Below are positions 1 to 10,059 of a stretch of DNA of 64,000 nt, piece after piece; positions within the stretch are counted from its first letter, which is position 1, and every line of letters starts with the position of its first letter. Location of the stretch: NCBI GenBank assembly GCA_965248925.1, contig CBDFLE010000006.1:224001-288000 (forward strand). Direction: 5' to 3'. The translations under genes and the position numbers were made by a program. This stretch comes from Candidatus Multivoradales bacterium. Lineage in GTDB: Bacteria; Acidobacteriota; Thermoanaerobaculia; Multivoradales; J023. The notes beneath the pieces were generated by a model. It searched no databases. It saw only the letters and a program-made list of their open reading frames with translations, and was not told the origin of the DNA.

Positions 1-1335
1 AAGGTCTACGACTACGGCGAGGTCGACGGCATCCTATGGTGCGCCATGCAGTACGTTGATGGGCCTACTCTGCGAGCCGAACTCAGGACTCGCGGCCAGA
101 TAGAGCAGCAGCAGGCAATTCGCTTGGTGTTGCCCTTGCTCGAGGGTCTGGAACACAGCCACCGACACGGCATCGTCCATCGGGATGTCAAACCCAGCAA
201 CATCCTGCTGAGCAGCGAGGGGCGCCCCTACTTGATGGACTTCGGCATCGCCAAGTCTACCCATGGCGGCTTGCGCACCATGACCGGTAACGTTCTGGGC
301 ACCCCACACTACATCGCCCCGGAGCAGGTGGCAGGGGGTCAGATCGACGGCCGTGCCGACCTCTATGCGATCTCGGCGACCCTGTACGAACTGCTCAGCG
401 GTCGGCCACCCTTTAGTGGCGAAACAGCGGTCCAGACGATGCTCAAACGCCTCAAGCAAGATCCTGAGCCGCTGGCGAGTCTCTTACCGCAGGTCGACCC
501 CCGACTAGAGGCGGTGGTGCGCCGTGGGCTGGCCCGCGATGCTAGGAAACGCTTCGCCAGCGCCGCCGAGATGCACCACCACCTCGCCGCGCTGCAAAGT
601 GCCAGCAGCGACAACATCTTGGTGCCCCGCGCCCGCGCTCCGCAACGCCGGAGCACCGAAATTAACAGTCTCTCGACCGCCAGTGAAGCGAGCCGCGCCC
701 GGCGCAGTGAATCGAGCGACACGACCATGCGGTTGACGCTGGCCCCGGCAACCCGCCTTTGGCTGCTACTGCTGGCCAGCGCCTTGATCGTCCTGGCCTT
801 GGCCGGTAGGTGGATCTGGCAGCAGCGGCCAGCAGAGACTCCCTTCGCCGACTCGGAAACACAGCTACCGAGACTAGCTGTCCAGGCCGGCGATTCCCGG
901 TCGCCGCCAGCCGTCGGCCCACCGGCAACAACTCAACCACCAGCAGAGGCTCCGCCGCCGAGCAAACCCACCGCCATGGCGGAGCGCCCCTCAACCCGGG
1001 CTGCCACTCCCTCAACCACCGCTGCAAGCAGAGAAGCTAGCGCATCGGCAATCCCTCGCCGCGCCCTGCTGCCACCAAAGATCTTGCAATCCGTAGAGCC
1101 CAAGCTCGACCCGACCCAGGTCGAGCAATGTTCTGGGCAAGAAGTCATCATCACCGTGCGAGTAGGTGAGAACGGCCGTGCCGCAGGTGCCAGAGTTCTG
1201 CGTTCAGGACATCCGACCTGTGCCGAAGCTGCCCGCCGGGCAGCCGAAGCCTACTTTTTTCAACCCGCCAGCGATGCCGCCGGCCAGCCGGTAGCCAGTT
1301 CCATCACGATCTTCATCGGATTCGGAGGCCAATGA
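1..1335 (+). CDS. Ser/Thr protein kinase (5' partial) with TM helix, Pro-rich linker and C-terminal TonB_C-like domain
   Basis: Frame open from base 1 (KVYDYGEVDG). Motifs HRDVKPSNILL, DFGIAK, GTPHYIAPEQ; TM WLLLLASALIVLALAG; C-terminal PPKIL...VIITVRVGENGR...FQPA...GQPV pattern. Confidence 0.9.
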   Translation, partial: KVYDYGEVDGILWCAMQYVDGPTLRAELRTRGQIEQQQAIRLVLPLLEGLEHSHRHGIVHRDVKPSNILLSSEGRPYLMDFGIAKSTHGGLRTMTGNVLGTPHYIAPEQVAGGQIDGRADLYAISATLYELLSGRPPFSGETAVQTMLKRLKQDPEPLASLLPQVDPRLEAVVRRGLARDARKRFASAAEMHHHLAALQSASSDNILVPRARAPQRRSTEINSLSTASEASRARRSESSDTTMRLTLAPATRLWLLLLASALIVLALAGRWIWQQRPAETPFADSETQLPRLAVQAGDSRSPPAVGPPATTQPPAEAPPPSKPTAMAERPSTRAATPSTTAASREASASAIPRRALLPPKILQSVEPKLDPTQVEQCSGQEVIITVRVGENGRAAGARVLRSGHPTCAEAARRAAEAYFFQPASDAAGQPVASSITIFIGFGGQ

Positions 1336-2006
1336 TGCGTACAACAGCTTTCACCATGCTCATTTCGCTTGGACTAGGTGCCTGCGCCTCGGTGGGGCCG
1401 CCAGCGAAACTGATCAGCGTCGAAGTGGTGTCTGAACCCACCGGGGTCGAGGTCACCCTTCGTGGTCGATCAATCGGCCGCACACCCTTGGCATTTGAGG
1501 TAGCCGAACTGAGCGAGATCGTCGAGGTCTCCGCTGCCAACAGCCAGCCCCCCTTGATAGAGCGGCGGATCAAGATGCTGGCGGCCGACCGTGCCCGCAT
1601 CACCCTACGCCTGGGCGACCAACCCACCGCCCTCGCCCAACGCCTCGGCCTGACCCGGATTGTAACTTTCGACAACAACGGTCTAGCCACTTTCGACCTA
1701 GAAAGCGCCGAACTCAGAGAGTCCTTCCTACCCACCCTCGATCAGCAAGCAGACTTGCTTTCCGAGTTCTTCTCCGAGGTCGAGATCTACATCTGTGGCC
1801 ATACCGACACCAGCGGTAGTGACGACTACAACCGCGTGCTATCGCTCAACCGAGCCCGTGCCGTCTCGTCCTATTTGCTATCCCGAGGGGTAGAGGAAGA
1901 GCGCTTCAGAATCCAGGGATTCGGTCCCGACTATCCCCTCGCCCCCAACACCGACGCCGCCGGCCGAGCACTCAACCGCCGCACCGAGATCGTGCTGCCG
2001 GACTAG
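1332..2006 (+). CDS. Lipoprotein with PEGA-like domain and OmpA peptidoglycan-binding domain
   Basis: Lipobox LGAC; SEPTGVEV..G..IGRTP (PEGA); GHTD..G...YN..LS..RA..V and NRRTEI (OmpA C-terminal). ATGA overlap with the kinase gene. Confidence 0.88.
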   Translation: MMRTTAFTMLISLGLGACASVGPPAKLISVEVVSEPTGVEVTLRGRSIGRTPLAFEVAELSEIVEVSAANSQPPLIERRIKMLAADRARITLRLGDQPTALAQRLGLTRIVTFDNNGLATFDLESAELRESFLPTLDQQADLLSEFFSEVEIYICGHTDTSGSDDYNRVLSLNRARAVSSYLLSRGVEEERFRIQGFGPDYPLAPNTDAAGRALNRRTEIVLPD

Positions 2007-2213
2007 CGGGACGAGGGCTTTAGCGTCTGTAGTGGAAGTCTGCCACTTGCGGCAGCGAGCAATTCTTCGTCAGCTCAAGGCGCAAGGACGCAGGAATATC
2101 GGGGAACGCGGCAGGAAGCGCGACGACGCGAGGGGCGATGCATGGGTGGCAGAATACCGGAACCTCTTCCCTCGCGGACCCTCGGCCGCTCCAGCCGCTT
2201 GGCGGTTACCGCT

Positions 2214-3026
2214 TCAGTCGATAATCTCGATCTCGAAGCTGTTCTCGGGTCCAGCGCCAGCAACCTTCGGTACGGCGTAGATCGACACCGTGTAGCGGCC
2301 CACGGGAAGGTGCATCTGCAGCGGGTAGAAATCACCGCCCTGGATCTGCAACGGACCGCTGTGGAACACCCTGCCATCCTCGGCAAGGATCTCTACCGTG
2401 CATTGGGCACAAGCGTCGAGAGGGTTCGCCGGATAAATTTCAGCCACTACGCCGGGATTGAACTGCCACGGCCCACGACGACCGCCACCGCGCTCGGTGC
2501 CGAGATTCACCGCGACCCAATCTGGGGTCACGGTTTGCTGCGACCGCAACTCGCGAACTTGGCGTCCGCTCTCTAACCACAGCAGGGTCGGCAGCACCGC
2601 GGCTAGAACCGCCGCCGCGAGCCATCGCCAACCGCCGCTGCGGCGTCGCGCGGCGGGCGCGGCCAGCGGAGCGGCGACAGGGGTGGCGGGCGGTGACTTG
2701 GGACGTAGCAGATCGACCTCCTCTGCCAACAGCCGGCGGCTCATCCGCGCCAGCTCGAGTTCGGCGGCAATTTCGGGGTCTAGCTCGAGATGTAACTCGA
2801 CCAGCTCACGCTCCTGCTCTGAAATAGGCTCGTCGTGGGCCAGAGCAACCAGAGTCTCGGTGGTCGGGCGACGAGCAAAGAGACTAGCGACAAATGCGGT
2901 GTCAGCCAGATCGGTGCGGCTCTCGACAGACTCCTTGAGCTGCGCGAGAAGCTCATCGCGTTCGCTTTCGGTCAAGCTACCGTTCAGCAACCAGGGGCTG
3001 AGTTCGATGAGTTCTTGTCGATTCAC
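2214..3026 (-). CDS. Putative membrane anti-sigma factor with degenerate zf-HC2-like N-terminus
   Basis: Lies downstream of an ECF sigma gene. ELSPWLLNGSL..ER resembles the zf-HC2 start; single TM WLAAAVLAAVLPTLLW. Confidence 0.65.
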   Translation of the reverse strand: MNRQELIELSPWLLNGSLTESERDELLAQLKESVESRTDLADTAFVASLFARRPTTETLVALAHDEPISEQERELVELHLELDPEIAAELELARMSRRLLAEEVDLLRPKSPPATPVAAPLAAPAARRRSGGWRWLAAAVLAAVLPTLLWLESGRQVRELRSQQTVTPDWVAVNLGTERGGGRRGPWQFNPGVVAEIYPANPLDACAQCTVEILAEDGRVFHSGPLQIQGGDFYPLQMHLPVGRYTVSIYAVPKVAGAGPENSFEIEIID

Positions 3027-3203
3027 GGGACACGCTCCATAACATTTGAGTCGTTCTTGTGTTCTCCCCTCAACTCTCTTAGGCGCCTGACACAGCAGAA
3101 AGTTACAGCCGAGGATGAAGAAACAAGGAAGAATTGTCTAAAGTCATGCATTGCCTTACGGATTTGAGCCAAAAATCTAGACTGAGGGATAAAGCCTGTT
3201 TCT

Positions 3204-3785
3204 TCAGTCCTCGCCGTCGTTCTCCTCACCGTCCTCCTTGGCAAGTCCGAGCAACTCGTCTCGCAGCTCTACGGCCCGCTGGCGGCACCGATTCACCTTC
3301 ACCCGCAGGGTGCCTGATTTAGCACCCAGCCGCTGACTCATCTCGGTGTAGCTCAGGCCGCCAGCAATCATCATCCACAGCTTCTTGCAGTTTTTGTCGA
3401 TCCGCCGCAGCACTTGGCGAATCAAATCGCGATCTTCGAATCGCGCGCGGTCGAAACGTAGATCCGCGATCTCTTCTTCGAGTCCGCTCAACCTGTCATC
3501 GAGTTCCAACCACTGCCAGCGGGATCTGGACCGCAGACGATCCATGCAGGTGCTGATCACCACCCGGCCAAGATAGGATCTGAGCCTGGAGTCACCGCGG
3601 AACCGCCCCCGCTTGAAGATCCGGGTCACTGTCATTAGCAATTCCTGGCACAGATCCTCCCACTCGTCGAAGAGGCGCGAGCGAAAGGGCCAAGCTGCCC
3701 GCTCGACCCATGCCTTAACCTCGGCGACAACTTGCGCGTCGCCATCCAGGAAACGCTGGATCAGCAACTGATCGTCTGGATGCAA
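3204..3785 (-). CDS. ECF-family RNA polymerase sigma factor
   Basis: DDQLLIQRFLDGD, EDLCQE, FRGDSRLRSYL, GLSYTEMSQRLGAKSGTLRVKVNRCR (regions 2 and 4.2). TTG start at 3785 chosen from a purine-rich RBS; the longer ORF overlaps manA. Confidence 0.88.
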   Translation of the reverse strand: MHPDDQLLIQRFLDGDAQVVAEVKAWVERAAWPFRSRLFDEWEDLCQELLMTVTRIFKRGRFRGDSRLRSYLGRVVISTCMDRLRSRSRWQWLELDDRLSGLEEEIADLRFDRARFEDRDLIRQVLRRIDKNCKKLWMMIAGGLSYTEMSQRLGAKSGTLRVKVNRCRQRAVELRDELLGLAKEDGEENDGED

Positions 3786-3882
3786 AAATGCCCCTTCCCG
3801 GTCTTCACTACCGGCTCTTCCGCCGGCTCTCGGGCCAACCTCATCGCCCTCTGCCACCACTCCTGACGGCGGCGATCTTACC

Positions 3883-5106
3883 CTAAGACAGAATTTCTCG
3901 GGATCCAGCCAGCGCCGCCGAGCCAGCGGCGGCGCCAGCGCGGTAAACCCTGCCATCGCCCCGCAGGCTGTAAGACTCGGTCGATGCGGGGACGAAGAAA
4001 GAATCTCCCTGGCAAAACGGCCGCGCAGACTCGCCGGCGGCGGCCAGCTCGCCCTGACCGGCGGTGACCAGCAGGATCTCACCGCCGCCCAACGTCTCCA
4101 CCGCGACTTCCTGCTCAGCGAGCTGCCAGTAATCGAGCACCAGCTGGCCGTCTGGACTGCACACCCGGTGCTGTTGCGGTCCGGCCTTTTGCGGCCGCAG
4201 CAGTTCCACCGGTTGGGGGGCAAAGCGCAAGATGTCGAGCAAGCCGTCCACATCGACATGCTTGGCGGTCAAACCGCCGCGTAGGACATTGTCGGAACTG
4301 CCCATCAGCTCCAAGCCGACACCCTCAAGATAGGCGTGCAAGATACCTGGCCCAGTGTAGACGGCACTGCCCGGCGAGAGTTCAAAGACATGCAGCAAGA
4401 GAGGAGAAATCAGACCTCGGTCGCCGGGATAAGCACGACCTAATCGCCCGATCCAGCTCCAGGCCGGGTCACCGTGCAAGCTGCTCGCCACCGCCAGCAA
4501 ATGCTCGAGCACCACCGCCGTGCGCTGCTCCGACAACTGCCACCAGGCGCGGTAGAAGCTCTCCAAAGCCAGCGCCGGATCACTGGCGTCGAGCAGCACC
4601 GCTTGGGGCAGCAAATCCACCAAGCCAGCCGCCGCCAACAGCTGACGAATCTGACGCGGCGAACGAAAGCCGCGCAGCACCCAAAATGGCTCCAGGGCCA
4701 GCAAGATCTCAGGTTTTGCGTGTGCATCGCGGTAGCTGCGATCCGCCGCGGCCAAGGCCAGGCCGGCGGCGTTGTCACGGTCAAAACCCCGTCGCGCCTG
4801 CTGGGCATTGGGATGGGCCTGAATCGACAGCGGTTCGGCAGCGGCCAGCACTTTAAACAAGAAGGGCAAACTTCCCGAGCTGCGGCCGATCATCGCCTGG
4901 GGAGCCGCGGCAATGACTTCGTCGAGACCGCGCCAATCAGCACCCTCTTCAACCGCTGAGGGCGCCTTCGGATGGTCGCCCAACCAAAGCTCGGCCTGCG
5001 GCTCAGCAGCCGGTTGGCGAGCCCCCAGCAACTTGGCGATGGCGATGCGTGAGCCCCAGGCATAGGGCTGAATCGGGTTGCGCAGTCGGCGGATCGAATG
5101 GGTCAT
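3883..5106 (-). CDS. manA: Mannose-6-phosphate isomerase, class I
   Basis: QPYAWGS, AELWLGDHP, LPFLFKVLAAAEPLSIQAHP, KPE, HAYLEG, SDNVLRGGLT motifs. Confidence 0.95.
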   Translation of the reverse strand: MTHSIRRLRNPIQPYAWGSRIAIAKLLGARQPAAEPQAELWLGDHPKAPSAVEEGADWRGLDEVIAAAPQAMIGRSSGSLPFLFKVLAAAEPLSIQAHPNAQQARRGFDRDNAAGLALAAADRSYRDAHAKPEILLALEPFWVLRGFRSPRQIRQLLAAAGLVDLLPQAVLLDASDPALALESFYRAWWQLSEQRTAVVLEHLLAVASSLHGDPAWSWIGRLGRAYPGDRGLISPLLLHVFELSPGSAVYTGPGILHAYLEGVGLELMGSSDNVLRGGLTAKHVDVDGLLDILRFAPQPVELLRPQKAGPQQHRVCSPDGQLVLDYWQLAEQEVAVETLGGGEILLVTAGQGELAAAGESARPFCQGDSFFVPASTESYSLRGDGRVYRAGAAAGSAALAGSREILS

Positions 5107-5119
5107 GCCGAAGGCTATC

Positions 5120-6874
5120 TCACCGCGGGAAAGTAACGGTGAAAACCGCCCCGCCACTCGGGCCATCGGCGTAGGTGATCTGCCCGCCGTGAGCCACCGC
5201 CAGGGCTCGTACCAGCACCAGACCCAAGCCAACCCCTTCCGGCCCGTCCGCCGCCACCCCGCGCACGAAAGGACGAAATAGCCGGCGGCGCAGCTGGCGG
5301 GAGATACCACGGCCGTTGTCGGCCACCGATAGGGCCACGGCCTTGGCGCTCGCGGTCAGTGACACCCGGATGCGGCGTCCTTTGATATCGCGGGTGTACT
5401 TCTCAGCATTGTCGAGCAGATTCTGGACGATATGGCTTACCGCATCGCGATCGAAAAGCACCGTCGGCAGGTCGTCGGGGGTCTCCAAGACCACTTCAGC
5501 GCCAGCATGCTGCAAAGCCGGTAGCTGACGAGCATAAGCCGAACGCACCGCTGCGCCGAGATCGCCCCGCTGCGGCCGCACCACCATCCCTTGTCGCTCC
5601 AGGCGGGTGAAGCCGAGTACATTGGTTACTACTCGGCCCAGGCGCTCGGCCTCGCTGGCCAAACGACGTGCATAGTCGCGGGATCGCGCCGGATCACCCA
5701 ACCCCTCGGCCAGCATTTCACTGTACAAACGCAGCCCCGCTAGCGGCGTGCGCAATTCGTGCGCGGCGTGGGCGGCGAAACGAGCACGGTCAGCCGCCAG
5801 GCGCTCGCTCTGGTAGACCATGGTCACCACCAACAGGCCGGCCACGGCCGCCGCCAGGCTACTGAACACAAAGAAACGAAGGAAGCGCGACCAAGCCTGG
5901 CGCGCGAGCCGCTCGGCGTCGACACGCGCGCTGCCAGCGTCGAGCCGCACCCCCCAAGGAGTGCCGGCAATAGCCGCCGTCACCCGGTGTTGCTCCTGCC
6001 CCTTGCGCAGCTCAGCGAGCGGAACTATCTCAGCCTCCTCGGCGTAGCTGAGTTCGGCTTGCAGGGTCGAGCGAGAGACCGCAAAGCCCTGGGTCCAATG
6101 GCCGACCGGAGTGTCGACCGCGCGCAGAGCGACCAAGGTCGGCTGGTCACCGATCAGCAGGCCGTGCCAGCGAAAGGGTCCCAGGGTCACAGCTACCTTG
6201 CCAGTAGCAACCGCCGTCACTGGCCGCTGCCGGCAGCCGTTCCCCGCCGGCGCGGTGGCTTGTTGGCGATACTTCAGATCGGCATAGAGCACATTGGCCA
6301 GCAAGTGCTGCTGCCAATCCTGCCGCGATAGCAGCAGCTCCTCGCCAATCGACTCACTGAGCGGCGTCGCCGCCAGATCGTCGAGCCCACCTTCAGCGGC
6401 GGCGAGGAAGGTCACCACCTCTTCCAAATCCATCATCAAGGCACATTGGGTGGCGTCGGTCGACGGCACCCCGAGTTCGGGGAAGTCATCGTTCAGAGTC
6501 GGCAGGCTCAGCCGACCCCTCTCGTCGACCTGGAAGTGGGCATCGACCAGCGGATGCAATGGCCCTTGGGCCAGGGGCGACACCGTCACCGCGTTTCCCT
6601 GGGCGGCGCCACGGGGGTCGTGGTAGAGGTTTTGGTAGTGGTAGAACGGTCGCCGAGTCTCGATCTCGCGCAGAACCTCGAGTCGCGCCGCCAACCGCTC
6701 AGCTTGCTGGATGGCCAGCTGCTGCATCTTGTTCTCGGCGGTCTTCAGCTCCAACTCGACCTGGCGCTCGACCTGGCGGCTGCCAAACGAATACCAGGCA
6801 CCGGTGGGCACAGTGACCGCGACCGTGGTCAGCAACGCCGCCACGGCGGTGCGGCCAAAGCCCCGCGGTATCAC
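5120..6874 (-). CDS. Membrane sensor histidine kinase
   Basis: Two TM helices, H-box AHELRTPL, N-box NLLDNAEKY, DNGRGI and GVGLGL boxes. GTG start overlaps the regulator stop (GTGA). Confidence 0.92.
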   Translation of the reverse strand: MIPRGFGRTAVAALLTTVAVTVPTGAWYSFGSRQVERQVELELKTAENKMQQLAIQQAERLAARLEVLREIETRRPFYHYQNLYHDPRGAAQGNAVTVSPLAQGPLHPLVDAHFQVDERGRLSLPTLNDDFPELGVPSTDATQCALMMDLEEVVTFLAAAEGGLDDLAATPLSESIGEELLLSRQDWQQHLLANVLYADLKYRQQATAPAGNGCRQRPVTAVATGKVAVTLGPFRWHGLLIGDQPTLVALRAVDTPVGHWTQGFAVSRSTLQAELSYAEEAEIVPLAELRKGQEQHRVTAAIAGTPWGVRLDAGSARVDAERLARQAWSRFLRFFVFSSLAAAVAGLLVVTMVYQSERLAADRARFAAHAAHELRTPLAGLRLYSEMLAEGLGDPARSRDYARRLASEAERLGRVVTNVLGFTRLERQGMVVRPQRGDLGAAVRSAYARQLPALQHAGAEVVLETPDDLPTVLFDRDAVSHIVQNLLDNAEKYTRDIKGRRIRVSLTASAKAVALSVADNGRGISRQLRRRLFRPFVRGVAADGPEGVGLGLVLVRALAVAHGGQITYADGPSGGAVFTVTFPR

Positions 6875-7554
6875 TTGCGCTCTCCCCAGGCGTAGCCCAC
6901 CCGCGGCACGGTCACGACAATCACTGGCTGGCTGGGGTCGACCTCGATTTTCTGCCGTAACTTGGCGATGGTCATATCGACGGTGCGGGTCTGCAAGGTA
7001 CCCAGCGTGCCCCAAACCTGCTCTAGTAATTCAGCCCGCGACACGCTGCGCTGGCGATGGCGAAAAAGCCAACGCAAGATGCCGACTTCGCGCGCGGTCA
7101 GGGGTGCCTTGACCCCGTTGCGCTCAACGGTGCAGCGGCCGAGGTCAATCGAGCACCCCTCCACCTCGATCATCTCGGGCTCGGCCGGGGCCGCCGCCGC
7201 CCGCCGCCCCAAGGCTTCGACCCGAGCCAGCAGCTCACGGGCGCCAAACGGTTTGGTCACATAGTCGTCGGCACCGCTCTGTAGGCCGCGAACTTTGTCT
7301 TCCTCGGCGCCACGGGCGGTGAGCATCATGATCGGCAACGCCGGCCGCGCTACCCGCAGGCGGCGACAGACCTCAATGCCGTCGAGCTTCGGCAGCATCA
7401 GGTCGAGCAGCACCAAGTCGTAGGCGGTCTCTCGCCCTTCCTGCACCGCCGCGACCCCATCGGCCACCGCCTCGACCTCGTGGCCGGCTCCGCCGAGCAG
7501 GTCCACCAAGCCCTCGCGCAACACTGGATCGTCTTCTACTAGTAGGATTTTCAT
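6871..7554 (-). CDS. OmpR/PhoB-family response regulator
   Basis: ILLVEDD, DLMLP, GADDYVTKPF, winged-helix RTVDMTIAKLRQKIE..P..I.TV..VGY. Confidence 0.95.
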   Translation of the reverse strand: MKILLVEDDPVLREGLVDLLGGAGHEVEAVADGVAAVQEGRETAYDLVLLDLMLPKLDGIEVCRRLRVARPALPIMMLTARGAEEDKVRGLQSGADDYVTKPFGARELLARVEALGRRAAAAPAEPEMIEVEGCSIDLGRCTVERNGVKAPLTAREVGILRWLFRHRQRSVSRAELLEQVWGTLGTLQTRTVDMTIAKLRQKIEVDPSQPVIVVTVPRVGYAWGERK

Positions 7555-7591
7555 TGCTGCTCTAGCTTAGGTCGCGACCTTCGGCGAGGCC

Positions 7592-7607
7592 GTAAATCGG
7601 TGGTAAA
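7592..7607. promoter_or_regulatory. Possible OmpR-type direct-repeat box (GTAAA-N6-GTAAA) upstream of the response regulator
   Basis: GTAAA at 7592 and 7603 (11-bp period), about 40-50 bp upstream of the regulator start. Confidence 0.3.
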
Positions 7608-7785
7608 ACAGCCGCTCGACCTCCGTCGCGGCGGCGGATAGAGATTCCCTGTCGACGCTGCCCGCGATCTCCGGTGTACTAGAATACCGCTTCCGGATTC
7701 ACCGATCGAGGCACCGCGACGGCAAACGCGGTGGCCAGGCGACATTCGCCGTCGCCAAAGATTTCCACGGGGGCACGCGAAACCC

Positions 7786-8556
7786 ATGCGCTCACTGCTG
7801 GTCTACTGGCTCTTAATGGCTTTGAAACTGGCGACCAAGCCGTTCTATCGCCAACGCTGGATCTGGGTCGGTGACCTGCCGGCCGAGCCTTGGGGCGACT
7901 ATCGGCTGGTGGCGATCCTCAATCACACCAGTCTTTATGAACCGCTGCTGGCCGGCGGGGTGCCGAATAAATTCTTGCGCCGCATGTCGCAGCACGGGGT
8001 CATACCAGTGGCTAGCATCACCACCTCGCGGCCAATCATCGGTCGCTTCTTCAAGATGTTGGCTTCGAACGTGGTGCCGATCAGCCGCGAACGTGACCGC
8101 ACTTGGGCCGATGTCTTGTCGTCGATCGACCCCGATTCGATGGTGATTATCCTGCCCGAAGGACGGATGAAACGCGCCGACGGGCTAGACAAACACGGCC
8201 GGCCACTCAATCTGCGCGGCGGTATCGTCGAATTGCTCGATGCCTTCGGCGAAGGCAAGCTGCTGCTGGCCTACAGCCACGGTCTGCACCACATCCAGGT
8301 CCCTGGGCAGCCGCTGCCGAAGATCTGGAAGACCATTAATCTGCGCCTGGAAGAGATTGATATCGCCGCCTATCGGCAAATGATCCTGGGCCGCTTGAGT
8401 GATCAGAAGCTCGGCCAGGGAGCTTATCGCCGGGCCATGCTGGCGGACCTCACCGTCCGCCGCGACCACTACTGCGATCCCGCCAACGACGATATCGAAC
8501 TACCGTCCTATTCGGCGCCTGAAGAGCGAATCGCCGGGTTGGCGTCGGCTGACTAG
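7786..8556 (+). CDS. Phospholipid/glycerol acyltransferase (PlsC-like)
   Basis: NHTSLYE motif I variant and ILPEGR motif III. Confidence 0.8.
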   Translation: MRSLLVYWLLMALKLATKPFYRQRWIWVGDLPAEPWGDYRLVAILNHTSLYEPLLAGGVPNKFLRRMSQHGVIPVASITTSRPIIGRFFKMLASNVVPISRERDRTWADVLSSIDPDSMVIILPEGRMKRADGLDKHGRPLNLRGGIVELLDAFGEGKLLLAYSHGLHHIQVPGQPLPKIWKTINLRLEEIDIAAYRQMILGRLSDQKLGQGAYRRAMLADLTVRRDHYCDPANDDIELPSYSAPEERIAGLASAD

Positions 8557-8587
8557 TCTGTCTCGACGCTAGTTTCTCGCCAGTCCA

Positions 8588-10012
8588 CTATTCCTCAGCC
8601 AACGCTGCTTGATCTTCCGCCGAGCCTTGGGCCAGGTAGAGTTCGGCCAGCGCACGCACTTCTAACACTACCTGTTGGCGTAAGCGGCGCAGTTCGGCCA
8701 CCCAGCGGCGGCCGCTACTCAGCAGCAAGTACGCGCGAGCTTGGCGCAACAACAGACTGCGGCGCTCATGGAAACGTAACGCCGCCCAGGCCGCCAAGGG
8801 CATCGTCACCGCTACTAGCAGCACCGTCCAGAGGCCAGCGCGAAAGTACGCCCAACTACTGACTGCTCCCCAGACCAACGGATAGAAAAGCAACGAGCCC
8901 AACACTTTGTAAGTCGCCAGCTGGTCTTCCGTCTGGCCAAAATGTCGCGCCGCCCAGCGAATGCCAAAGAACGGGAAAATATTGACCACCGTGCCGAGCG
9001 CAGCCAACGGTAGGAAAATCAGTAGGGTGAAGAGGCTCACCAGCAGGAAACGCAGCACTCGCCGTGGCGGATAGGTTGACGCCACCTGCGAGTCCTGCAA
9101 TCGGTAGGTGTCGAGGCGCTCGTCGTAGCGACGCACCGCCTCAGTGACCTGGGCGAGACGTTCGGGATGCGATTCACTGAGCTGGCGATAGCCGGTCAAG
9201 AAGGCTCGGTCGAGTTCGAAACGATCCTCGAGCGGTGCTGATCGCGGCACCTCCGTAGCGCTGCCCGAGTAGAGCTCGGCGGCCCGTTCGAGCAATCGAC
9301 CTTCCTCCCAACTCTGGTAGTTGAGGGTGACCTCTCCCAGCGCCTGACGCACCCGCTCGGTGAGCCGGCGCACCGCTTCTCGCGGTTCGCGGCCATAGTG
9401 TTCGAGCTCAGCCGAGATCTGCAGTGGCTGCCCAACCCGCACCAATGCCCGCGAGCGAAAACGCCCCTTGTCATCGAAATTCAGACCCACCGGCACGATC
9501 TGCACCCCGAGTGGTCCAAAACGCTCCTCGGCCTCCAAGACGATCCGGCTGACCCCGGTCTTGAGTTCGATCACCGAGGGCTCATTGTGGCTACGACCCT
9601 CGGGAAAGAGGCCGATCGACCCACCCTCCGCCAAAGCCTCATGGCAACTGGCGAAAGTCTCGGAATTCTTCGACGTATCGACCCCATTATCCTGCCGCCG
9701 ATAGACTGGGATCGCCGACGCCAGTTCCAAAAAAGGCCGCACTACCGGATTTTTCCACAGCGTGCTCTTGGCCAGAAATCGCGGCTGGCCGGGCAGAAAA
9801 CCGAGCAGCAATGCAGGATCCACCAAGCCGTTGCGGTGGTTGCCGACGAACACCAAAGGCCCGCTGTGCGGCACCTGCTCGACACCTACCCGTTGCACTT
9901 GGCGGAAGAAACCGACCAAAAGCAGCTTGGCCAACGTCTCGATCAAGCGCCCGGCCCAGGTCGACGCGATGGCTGCCTTAGCTGCGCTCGTCTGCCCGTT
10001 GTTAGGGTTCAT
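8588..10012 (-). CDS. Lysophospholipid acyltransferase family protein with C-terminal TM helices
   Basis: NHRNGLVDP (HX4-5D), FLAKSTLW, FPEGRSH; hydrophobic C-terminus. Confidence 0.85.
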   Translation of the reverse strand: MNPNNGQTSAAKAAIASTWAGRLIETLAKLLLVGFFRQVQRVGVEQVPHSGPLVFVGNHRNGLVDPALLLGFLPGQPRFLAKSTLWKNPVVRPFLELASAIPVYRRQDNGVDTSKNSETFASCHEALAEGGSIGLFPEGRSHNEPSVIELKTGVSRIVLEAEERFGPLGVQIVPVGLNFDDKGRFRSRALVRVGQPLQISAELEHYGREPREAVRRLTERVRQALGEVTLNYQSWEEGRLLERAAELYSGSATEVPRSAPLEDRFELDRAFLTGYRQLSESHPERLAQVTEAVRRYDERLDTYRLQDSQVASTYPPRRVLRFLLVSLFTLLIFLPLAALGTVVNIFPFFGIRWAARHFGQTEDQLATYKVLGSLLFYPLVWGAVSSWAYFRAGLWTVLLVAVTMPLAAWAALRFHERRSLLLRQARAYLLLSSGRRWVAELRRLRQQVVLEVRALAELYLAQGSAEDQAALAEE

Positions 10013-10059
10013 AATGATCTTCCTAGCACGGTCTCGTCTTCCGCGGTGCGATAACCAGC

